Shown here: positions 9,501-16,581 of the stretch, in pieces
Layout of the letters: every line of letters begins with the position of its first letter
Position numbering within the stretch: position 1 is the stretch's first letter
Assembly (NCBI GenBank): GCA_963764165.1
Contig: CAVXRD010000003.1
Location: 672,001-736,000, forward strand
Direction: 5' to 3'
Origin: an uncultured Verrucomicrobiae bacterium
GTDB lineage: Bacteria > Verrucomicrobiota > Verrucomicrobiia > Limisphaerales > Palsa-1400
Length of the DNA stretch: 64,000 bases
The notes under the pieces: generated by a model
What the model was told of the DNA's origin: nothing
The model's input: only the letters and a program-made list of their open reading frames with translations
Database searches by the model: none
Program-made: the position numbers and the translations under genes

Positions 9501-11044
9501 GCACGTGCGAAGCACATGCCTACGCCGGCGTCGATTCGGAAGGGCATCGACCCACCCATGCCAGGAATTACCAGACGGTATTGGCCGGGTGTGGAGAAAC
9601 TTGAAAAGTCCGCTTGATAAACTTGCTGGTAGGGCACGGGGGAACCGGCTTGGGCGTTCCAACCGTAATCGGCGCGTTGTGTGAGCGATCCGGCGTAAAC
9701 AACCGAGCCGCTGACCGCGTCCACCAGTTCAAAACCACTGCTGACGGGAACCGGCATATCGCCGAGGCTTCCGAGGTAATAGCCGACCATCGCTTGTTTG
9801 GAGTAATTCGGCAGATAGCCTTCCTGATTGACGTGGATGGCCGGGTTGAAACGCAAGGGATCAGAGGTCGACGTGAACAATGTGCTGCTGGACCAGAGCG
9901 TCCCGTCGGTATTCAACACCTGAACGGTTTGATTCGTGGCGATCGGCGTGCCCAATTCCAGATAGATCGAATTGGCGATTCGCAGATCATAATTGGACAT
10001 CGGCGCATAAAGCGGGCGGCGTTTGAAACCGACGCCAGTCACTGCGACGCTTTGGCCATTGGCTTGGACAGAGAATTGACTGGCCAACGGCGCCGTCAGT
10101 GCGAAGGCATTGACGAAATTCCAGTTTGTCACCACAGCCGGATCGGCGGCTTTGGAGGTAATCATGTCCACTTCGAGAAGATTCGGCGTGAGAATATGCA
10201 GGGCTGTCGCGCCAACCGGAGGAATCTGCATGTTCATGTCATCCAGAATCGTCAAACCCGGAATGGCGCTGGTGCTGGAGATTTGGGAGAACATGTTCGT
10301 CACAGTGGTGTTCGTGGAGGAACCCACCGTTGTTCCAACGTTTCCGGAGCCACCGGTTGATCCCGTGGAGCCAGAGCTATTGGTCGAGCTGGACGAACTG
10401 TTTGTGCTTGGCCCGCTGCTGTTGTTGGTTGATCCACTCGACTGCGTAACAAGGGAGATGGACGAGGCATCGCCCGCGTAGTCCCAATTCACGCTGCCGC
10501 CATAAAGGCTGAAAGCCATTCCGCTGACAGTCGAGCCGCCAAGCCCGACGTCCGCCGCCGGAATGGTCAGGAGCGTCCACTGGCCGGCGGTCGGAATTGG
10601 ACCCATGTAATAACTGCCGGCGGTGCCGTTGGCTCCGTAGGAAATCTCGTAATTCCCCCAATACGCACGGTGATTCCAAGACGAACCATCATTCCATTGC
10701 AGCATGATTTCACTCGGGATGCTGGAGGGATTGACGTAAACCGCGGCGAAAAGAGTATCGCCGGAATTCACCGTCATGGTCTGGGACGCGCCGGAGAAAT
10801 AATGCTCATGAAGGCCGGCCGCTGAACTGGACTGCTGGGAGGCGGAACCCGAAAAAGGAATGGGACTGCTTGAAGTCCAGGCCCAGGAATCCCCGCCGTC
10901 CGCGCCTGATTGCGCCCCTGTTGGAATTGAATCCTCCACCCACACGACGACATTTGTGCCACTGATTGGAGCGGATGCCTGAATGGAAGGCGCGAGCGCG
11001 CCCAAAGCCACTAGGCCCAGACTGATGATGTGCGATTTCTCCAT
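6587..11044 (-). CDS. Secreted multidomain glycoside hydrolase family 9 (Ig-like + GH9 catalytic domain, two copies of an unknown ~160-aa domain, Calx-beta-like domain, C-terminal tail)
   Basis: Signal peptide; IHVNQEGY and DFSSFSTPGQY (CelD-type Ig module); GGHHDAGDYSKY catalytic motif; DELAWAA; NPVNVSYVTGLG; Ser/Thr/Gly linker. Confidence 0.88.
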   Translation of the reverse strand: MEKSHIISLGLVALGALAPSIQASAPISGTNVVVWVEDSIPTGAQSGADGGDSWAWTSSSPIPFSGSASQQSSSAAGLHEHYFSGASQTMTVNSGDTLFAAVYVNPSSIPSEIMLQWNDGSSWNHRAYWGNYEISYGANGTAGSYYMGPIPTAGQWTLLTIPAADVGLGGSTVSGMAFSLYGGSVNWDYAGDASSISLVTQSSGSTNNSSGPSTNSSSSSTNSSGSTGSTGGSGNVGTTVGSSTNTTVTNMFSQISSTSAIPGLTILDDMNMQIPPVGATALHILTPNLLEVDMITSKAADPAVVTNWNFVNAFALTAPLASQFSVQANGQSVAVTGVGFKRRPLYAPMSNYDLRIANSIYLELGTPIATNQTVQVLNTDGTLWSSSTLFTSTSDPLRFNPAIHVNQEGYLPNYSKQAMVGYYLGSLGDMPVPVSSGFELVDAVSGSVVYAGSLTQRADYGWNAQAGSPVPYQQVYQADFSSFSTPGQYRLVIPGMGGSMPFRIDAGVGMCFARAYAMGLFHQRCGFDMELPVTRFAHDACHSAPSSVPMPASSYGFTWTTISNYAITVNTENAPQAAPYLTSPSASLFPFVNTGTVNTTGGHHDAGDYSKYTINVASLIHYLMFEVDSIPGVASLDNLGIAESGDGISDVMQEAKWEADYLAKLQDADGGFYFLVYPTDREYESNVTPENGDPQVVWPKTSSSTAAAVAALAQTASSPLFKKTYPAVAAQYLKQAQLGWSFLTNAVNKYGYGNFYQKITAYGDDFADHDELAWAACQIYLATGDANAHSLLLSWFNPADPATWRWGWWHMSESYGHAIRSYAFALQSGRVSSASQLNATFLAACTNEVVTAGNNVLTWSQESAYGTSFPTATKEVNSAGWYFSADQAFDMAVAYQINPNTNYMNALVANMNYEGGCNPVNVSYVTGLGWKRQHGIVSQWELNDVRALPPTGLPIGNIQADFGYLWNYAGELEELSFPGDGSSPMYPFYDRWGDSWNVDTEMVVLNSARGLGALAFLAGQTSYKTQAWSAVSATISTPSGTVPIGSNTTFTLTAPGYDLSTARIVWEANAVGTAEAIQIPAFGQSFNYAPMVNGAQWVEAEAQFPDGRRIFARTTFSADSPNIIWVDDSLPGGAQAGSDGGDSWNWVSSNPTPYSGTLEQSSASAAGEHQVYFQNASATLSVETNSTLYAWIYLNPNNPPVEAMLQWCDSTGNWNHRAYWGADLLSFGVEGVSRTNIGALPATGKWVQLAVPAADVGLAGATVNGLAFTLYGGQADWDCAGVLNVITTSTNTNPTTPLATVNSTAAEQQSLAAPIGTFTINLSSSSANATSIGYTLGGTAVAGANYQVLAGGLVVSNSPLVIPAGTTSATLTITQLVSTTPVAARTVTLTLGAGSGYSLGNPTTASITLPGNTVAPSAAMNNGVPTFSWPSAAGTAYQVFYKNNLTDPSWIATGANVTATGASTSWIDPNSANATQRFYVVMQVQ

Positions 11045-11064
11045 GCGTGCCTACTGTGGCAGGC

Positions 11065-11169
11065 TCAGGGAAACCCCGAAATCGGCCTAAGGAGAATTCT
11101 CATGTAAGACATGAGGAACTTTCCGTGTAGGAGTTTGGCCTACACGCGGAACCGAAGGTGTCTGACACC
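11065..11169. promoter_or_regulatory. Cluster of palindromes upstream of the GH9 gene (operator array or structured leader)
   Basis: TTCTCATGT-AAG-ACATGAGGAA (11097-11118), CGTGTAGG-N7-CCTACACG (11124-11146), GGTGTC-T-GACACC (11157-11169). Confidence 0.4.
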
Positions 11170-11177
11170 CGGAAATT

Positions 11178-11447
11178 TTTAATCTGGAACGACCGAACTC
11201 AGGAAAAGAGGCCCGCTTGCAAACAGTCAATCATGCGCGGCAGGTTCCACTCCTGACGGAGCTTAACAAATCCTCTCGTGATCGTTTCTACAACGGTGCC
11301 GCGGCTACGGTGCTTGGCGGCAATCCGGCATGAAGAATTTTGTCTCGCACCCCAGGCAGGCGACCGTGGAGGGAAATTCATGAATTAGCAACTCGCGTGA
11401 GAACCGCCATCAGCCTCTTTTCCTGCGTTCGGTCGTTCCAGATTAAA
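11178..11447. mobile_element. MITE-like element, 270 bp, with 35-bp terminal inverted repeats
   Basis: TTTAATCTGGAACGACCGAACTCAGGAAAAGAGGC (11178-11212) matches the reverse complement of 11413-11447 with one mismatch; no credible internal ORF. Confidence 0.75.
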
Positions 11448-13194
11448 TAATTCCCGATTTCATCCGTGCGAAATAGCCTCCCCTGCTTTCCAATTCAGCA
11501 AGCGTTCCAAATTCTGTCACTCGGCCTTGTTCCAAAACGAGCACCTTTTGCAGTCCAGTGATCGTCTCATACCGATGCGCCACCATTAAGCCGATCCGTC
11601 CGCGCAAAAGCGTCTGCAAACTTTCAGCGATCAAGGCCGCGCTTTCTCCATCGAGGGCGCTGGTCGGCTCGTCAAGCAGGATGACTGGGGCGTTCTTTAG
11701 AAAGGCGCGGGCGAGGTTGAGCCGCTGGCGCTCTCCGACGCTGACGCGGGCAGCGCCATCGCCTATGCGGGTTTGGAATCCATCCGGCAGTTTCTCGATG
11801 AAACTTAGGGCGTTGGCGGCACGGGCCGCCTCCGCAATTTCCTCCTTGCTTGCGCCCGATTTTCCGCAGGCGATGTTCTCCGCCACCGTCGCGGGAAGGA
11901 TGATCGGTTCCTGCAACACAACTCCGATCTTCTGGCGCAACGCCGTCAAATCCCACCTCCGCAAATCCACCTCACCAAGTTCAATGCCGCCCGACGTTGG
12001 ATCAAAAAACCGCGGCAGCAAATGCATGAGCGTCGTTTTGCCAGCGCCACTTGGTCCCACGATGGCGAGCGATTCCCCGGCAGCCAGCGAGAACGAAACA
12101 TCGCGCAGAACATCGCGCCCATTTTCGTAAGCAAACGAAACATTGCGAAACACGAGCCCCCCGCCGGGCTTGGCCGCCACGGGATCGCTGGGGGTTTTCA
12201 CTTCCGCCGGCGAGTCAAGTATTTCGAATACCCGGCGCGAACCCGCCAGCGCCCCAGCCACGGTCGTGCCGACGAAGGACAATTGGCTAAGCGGCTCATA
12301 AAGCAGCACCAGATAGGAAAGGAAAACAAACAGTTCGCCGACCGTTAAATTGCCGATGAGCACTTGCCTCGCGCCAAACCACGTCGTCACCGCCGTCCCG
12401 AAACCAAAGATGATCGCCACGGTGAACCCGTAAGCCAGTTCCCAGCCGTGCTGCGAAAGGCGTTTCGTTTGCGCATCGGCCGCCGCCGCGCTGTGGCGCT
12501 CCGCCTCAACGGTTTCGCGCGTGTAACTTTGCGTCAGCAACTGCGACGAAATCGCTTGCTCCACAAGCGAAGTCAGAATGCTGTCGGATTGCTGGGCGGC
12601 GGTTGTTTTGGATTTCATCGCGATTCCGAAATAGCGAAGACCAATGACAAGCAATGGCGCCAGGGCCAGCGCGGCCAATGTCAGCGGCACGTTCAATCGG
12701 AACATGATGTACGCCATCACCACCAGCGAAAGCGACGCGGCGGCGATGGTGATCAAGCCTTGCTGAAAAAGCGTTTGCACCGAATAGGAATCCCAAGTGG
12801 CGCGGTAAATCAAATCACCCGCGCTCATTTTTTGATGAAATCTCAGCGAAAGCCGCAGCAGCCGGTCAAACAATTCCTCCCGCAACCGCGTCAATCCGCG
12901 CAGACTTATCTGGATGGAATAATAATTCTGGAAGGCCGCGAAGAATCCCTGCGCGAAGTAGACGAATAAAATAGCGACGCTGACCATCATGGCGAATCGC
13001 GGCTTGTCGGCATACGGAATAGGCGCGCTCTGCCCTGGCCACGGTTTTCCGCCCAGCACCGAATCGATGAGCAGCGCCACCGGCCACGGTTTGAGCACGT
13101 TGAGCCCGACGTTGAGCAGCATAAGCCCAAACACCGCGGCAATGCGCGCCACATCGGAGCGGAAATACTTCAGGACGCGCAGCAAGTCTTTCAT
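11443..13194 (-). CDS. ABC transporter, fused permease/ATP-binding (MsbA-like exporter)
   Basis: TM domain; Walker A GPSGAGKT; signature VSVGERQR; Walker B ILLDEPTSALD; AHR. Confidence 0.93.
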   Translation of the reverse strand: MKDLLRVLKYFRSDVARIAAVFGLMLLNVGLNVLKPWPVALLIDSVLGGKPWPGQSAPIPYADKPRFAMMVSVAILFVYFAQGFFAAFQNYYSIQISLRGLTRLREELFDRLLRLSLRFHQKMSAGDLIYRATWDSYSVQTLFQQGLITIAAASLSLVVMAYIMFRLNVPLTLAALALAPLLVIGLRYFGIAMKSKTTAAQQSDSILTSLVEQAISSQLLTQSYTRETVEAERHSAAAADAQTKRLSQHGWELAYGFTVAIIFGFGTAVTTWFGARQVLIGNLTVGELFVFLSYLVLLYEPLSQLSFVGTTVAGALAGSRRVFEILDSPAEVKTPSDPVAAKPGGGLVFRNVSFAYENGRDVLRDVSFSLAAGESLAIVGPSGAGKTTLMHLLPRFFDPTSGGIELGEVDLRRWDLTALRQKIGVVLQEPIILPATVAENIACGKSGASKEEIAEAARAANALSFIEKLPDGFQTRIGDGAARVSVGERQRLNLARAFLKNAPVILLDEPTSALDGESAALIAESLQTLLRGRIGLMVAHRYETITGLQKVLVLEQGRVTEFGTLAELESRGGYFARMKSGII

Positions 13195-13206
13195 TCGGGC
13201 GCGTGG

Positions 13207-14814
13207 TCACTCGGGAATTGTGGCCAAAAATCGCGGGGCTCTCCGCGCCTGCGCCATTCGCTCGAACGCAAACGCCAGAGCCAGCAATTTTGGTTCGCTC
13301 CAGGCCCGCCCGAAAAAGGAAATCCCGACCGGCAATCCATTCACAAATCCCGCCGGAACGGTAATGTGCGGATAACCGGCAATCGCCGCCGGAGTCGTGC
13401 AGCCGCCGGTGTCACGGTCACCCCACACCAAATCCGTCCGCGTGGCCGGGCCTGTCGTCGGCGCAATGAGCGCGTCCAAATTTTCCTGGTCCATGACGGC
13501 GTCGATTCCCTCGGTGCGCGCGAGTTGATGATTCCGCGCCAACGCGTCGAGGTAAACCCTTTCCGTCAGCGGCCCTTTGGCTTGAGCCTTGAGGAAAAGC
13601 TCCTGGCCAAACCACGGCATTTCCTTGTCCTTATTGCGTTCGTTGAATTCGATGATTTCCGCCAGAGACTTCACCGGCGACGCTGGTCCAATCCACGCCA
13701 GATACTTGTTCAAGTCCGCCTTGAATTCTGTCAATAAGACTTCGTCCTCGCCGCCGCCAAATTTTCCGTGGCTCGGCAAATCTGCCGGGTCGGCAAATTC
13801 AGCGCCATTCGATTTCATGGCGGCGATGGCGTCTTCCATTAATTTGTCGACGGCGGGATGAAAGCCAAAAAACTTCCGCGCCACACCAAGCCTTGCGCCG
13901 CGCAGAGCATTCACGTCCAGAAATTTCGTGTAGTCGGATTCCGGTTTCGCGGAAGCGGTGGCTGGATCGCCGGGATCGGCGCCGGTCATGCAGCCGAGGA
14001 GAATCGCGGCGTCGGTTACGGTGCGCGTCATTGGGCCAGCGGTATCCTGACTGTGAGCAATGGGGATAATGCCCGAGCGGCTGATAAGCCCCAGGGTGGG
14101 TTTGAGCCCCACCAATCCGCAATAGGAGGAGGGCGAGGTGACTGAGCCGTCCGTCTCGGTTCCGACGCCGACGGCGCAAAGATTGGCCGAGACCGCCGCG
14201 CCCGTGCCCGAGCTGGAACCCGACGGATTTCTGTCAAGCACATATGGGTTCAGCGTCAAACCGCCCCGCCCGCTCCAGCCGCTGGTGGAGCGGGTCGAGC
14301 GGAAATTCGCCCATTCGCTCAGGTTGGTTTTGCCGAGGATGATCGCGCCCGCCGCGCGCAATCGCTGAACCAAAAAAGCATCCGCTGGAGGGTTCGCGCC
14401 GGCCAGCGCGAGGGAGCCGGCGGTGGTCATCATTTTGTCGCGCGTCGCGATGTTGTCCTTGATCAAAACCGGAATGCCGTGCAAAGGTCCGCGCGCGCCT
14501 GTCGTTTTTCGCTCCCTGTCCAATGCTTCCGCCAGCTCAATCGCGTCCGGATTTATTTCGATCACCGAGTTCAACTTCGGCCCGCGCTTATCCAGTTCCT
14601 TTATTCGGCGGATATAGTGCTTCGCAAGGCTCGCCGCGGTGACACGCCCGGCATCCATCGCCGCGCGGATCTCCCCGGCGGGCGCCTCATCCCATTCCGA
14701 AGAACGCACGCGAGCAGCCGGCTTGGACGAGGAATCGGAGGAAGCGCTGGCAGGTTGAGCCAAAGCGGCCGCGCTGCCGGCCAAACTGGTTTTCAGAAAA
14801 TCACGTCGATTCAT
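13207..14814 (-). CDS. Tat-exported amidase (amidase signature family)
   Basis: MNRRDFLK twin-arginine signal (start moved to 14814); GIPVLIKDNI, GSSSGTG, GTETDGSV. Confidence 0.93.
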   Translation of the reverse strand: MNRRDFLKTSLAGSAAALAQPASASSDSSSKPAARVRSSEWDEAPAGEIRAAMDAGRVTAASLAKHYIRRIKELDKRGPKLNSVIEINPDAIELAEALDRERKTTGARGPLHGIPVLIKDNIATRDKMMTTAGSLALAGANPPADAFLVQRLRAAGAIILGKTNLSEWANFRSTRSTSGWSGRGGLTLNPYVLDRNPSGSSSGTGAAVSANLCAVGVGTETDGSVTSPSSYCGLVGLKPTLGLISRSGIIPIAHSQDTAGPMTRTVTDAAILLGCMTGADPGDPATASAKPESDYTKFLDVNALRGARLGVARKFFGFHPAVDKLMEDAIAAMKSNGAEFADPADLPSHGKFGGGEDEVLLTEFKADLNKYLAWIGPASPVKSLAEIIEFNERNKDKEMPWFGQELFLKAQAKGPLTERVYLDALARNHQLARTEGIDAVMDQENLDALIAPTTGPATRTDLVWGDRDTGGCTTPAAIAGYPHITVPAGFVNGLPVGISFFGRAWSEPKLLALAFAFERMAQARRAPRFLATIPE

Positions 14815-14890
14815 CCGCGCCAGTGTACTTTTTGCGAGGGTGCGCGGCAATGGTATTTGACTCTGCGAGCAGATGCCATCGCCTGGTCTT

Positions 14891-14956
14891 CTTCGTGTCC
14901 TTTGCGCGCTTGTAGTTCGATCCTGTCTTAACAACAAGGTCGCGAAGATCACAATG
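14891..14956. repeat. Imperfect inverted repeat made of 9-nt CTT(T/C)G(C/T)NNN-like units
   Basis: CTTCGTGTC CTTTGCGCG CTTGTAGTT faces AACAACAAGGTCGCGAAGATCACAATG; same design at 23546-23608. Confidence 0.5.
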
Positions 14957-15039
14957 GAGCATTCTCACGCACCCGGCGTTGATTTCCCCGCGAAAAGGCT
15001 GTTCATTGCGGCCCTAATGAGAGACAGTGGACAGCATCA

Positions 15040-16581
15040 ATGAGCCTCGTCGAACGAACGAAGCCTCGGCTGCCGGATGCGAAAACCGTTCTTGAAGCGG
15101 TCAAGAAATGGGCGACGACGCAGCCGGGTTTGGCGGCATTTCTTAACGCGGGCCTGTCTCCCGCCGAGTCGCTTTCCCGCTGGGGGCTTGGCTTGGTGAA
15201 GGCCAATCATCCGGCCGACGCAGCCGAAGTTTTCCGCGCCACGCTGGCTCTTGCTCCAAGCGATCCCGTGCTGTGGTCTAATTTTGGAATGGCGTTAAGC
15301 CAGATCGAGTCAACTGCCGAGGCGATTTATTGTTTCGAGCATTCCCTCGGCCTCTCGAAGGAGCAGCCAATCACCTGGCTAATGCTCGGAATGGCGAAAA
15401 AGAAACTGAACGACGCCGCTGGCGCCGAAGGAGCCTACCGCGCCGCGCTGGATCTAAATCCGAATTCCGCGACCGCATGGCAGCTCCTCGGCATTTTGAA
15501 GGAGGAACAAAAGGATTTCACCACCGCCGCGCAATGCCTGGAGGCGAATTTGAAAATTGCCGGGCCCAACGCCGCCGTGCTCGCCAACCTCGGGAAATTG
15601 CGTCACCAAATCGGGCGCTTCGCGGAATCCAACGACGCTTACGCCGCGGCCTCGGAGCTTGACCCGGGCAACGCGCATTACCGCCAGATGGCCCGCAAGA
15701 CGCGCTTTTTCCGCGATGCGCTTGAGGTCGTCAACATGAACGAGGCCACCGAGCGCTTCCGCCAATCATTCGTTTTGGAAGATGTTTGCACTGAAAAAAT
15801 TCTGAAGGAAGTGTTTCAGTCCGCATTTCATGTCCTCGGCGGATTTGGGCACACCGGCGCAGCGTTGCGCATCGGGCAGAAGTGGGGCGAATTGTGGCCC
15901 ACCAGCGCATCGCTCGCCTACCTGATGAGCGCGGTCGCGGGCGACCAGACCATCGAACGCTCGCCAGCGGAATACGTCGTGGAGTATTTTGATTCGTTTG
16001 CGGAAGGCTTCGATGCGCAGCTTGTCGGCGCTCTCGGCTACGACGTGCCGGAGAAGATTTGCCCGGCAATCCGCTCCATCCTTCCGTCTGGGCGTTTCTT
16101 TGAGACGCTGGACGCCGGCTGCGGAACGGGGCTTTGCGGTCCGCTGCTCAAACCCTTTTGCAAGCCGCTGGCCGGCGTTGACCTTTCCCAAAAAATGCTC
16201 GACCAGGCCCAGCGAAAGGGGTTCTACGATTCTCTCGCCTGCGAGGATGCGGCCGCCTATTTCCGGCGCTCGCCGCGCCAGTTCGAATTGATCGTCGCGG
16301 CGGATTTGATGATTTATTTTGGCGAACTCGGCTCCCTTTTTGCGGATGCCGCGGACGCGCTCAAGCCGGGCGGGCACTTTGCCTTCAGCACCGAATTGTG
16401 GAACGGCGAAGGCCCGCATCGGCTGAACCCTTCCGGGCGTTTCGCCCACGCGACGCAATATGTCCGCTCCGTGGCCGCGCCGCTTTTTGAGGAGGTTTCC
16501 GCCACGGAGACAACGATCCGCCTCGATGGAACGCAGCGGCTGGCGGGGAATATTTTTATTTTCCGGCGGCGCGCGGATTAG
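15040..16581 (+). CDS. TPR-repeat protein fused to a class I SAM-dependent methyltransferase
   Basis: TPR patterns (WSNFGMAL, AYRAALDLNP, LANLGKL); FDSFAEGFD...LGY; LDAGCGTGL; GVDLSQKML; SGRFAH. Confidence 0.88.
   Translation: MSLVERTKPRLPDAKTVLEAVKKWATTQPGLAAFLNAGLSPAESLSRWGLGLVKANHPADAAEVFRATLALAPSDPVLWSNFGMALSQIESTAEAIYCFEHSLGLSKEQPITWLMLGMAKKKLNDAAGAEGAYRAALDLNPNSATAWQLLGILKEEQKDFTTAAQCLEANLKIAGPNAAVLANLGKLRHQIGRFAESNDAYAAASELDPGNAHYRQMARKTRFFRDALEVVNMNEATERFRQSFVLEDVCTEKILKEVFQSAFHVLGGFGHTGAALRIGQKWGELWPTSASLAYLMSAVAGDQTIERSPAEYVVEYFDSFAEGFDAQLVGALGYDVPEKICPAIRSILPSGRFFETLDAGCGTGLCGPLLKPFCKPLAGVDLSQKMLDQAQRKGFYDSLACEDAAAYFRRSPRQFELIVAADLMIYFGELGSLFADAADALKPGGHFAFSTELWNGEGPHRLNPSGRFAHATQYVRSVAAPLFEEVSATETTIRLDGTQRLAGNIFIFRRRAD

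Noticed and set aside
10320..10450. Low-complexity repeat-like DNA in the GH9 gene
   Set aside because: Ordinary Ser/Thr/Gly/Asn interdomain linker
11213..11412. Riboswitch, tRNA or small ORF inside the MITE-like element
   Set aside because: No recognisable riboswitch consensus or cloverleaf by eye; the 60-aa ORF has no features
14815..14952. 46-aa N-terminal extension of the amidase
   Set aside because: The Tat motif defines the start at 14814; the extension crosses an intergenic repeat
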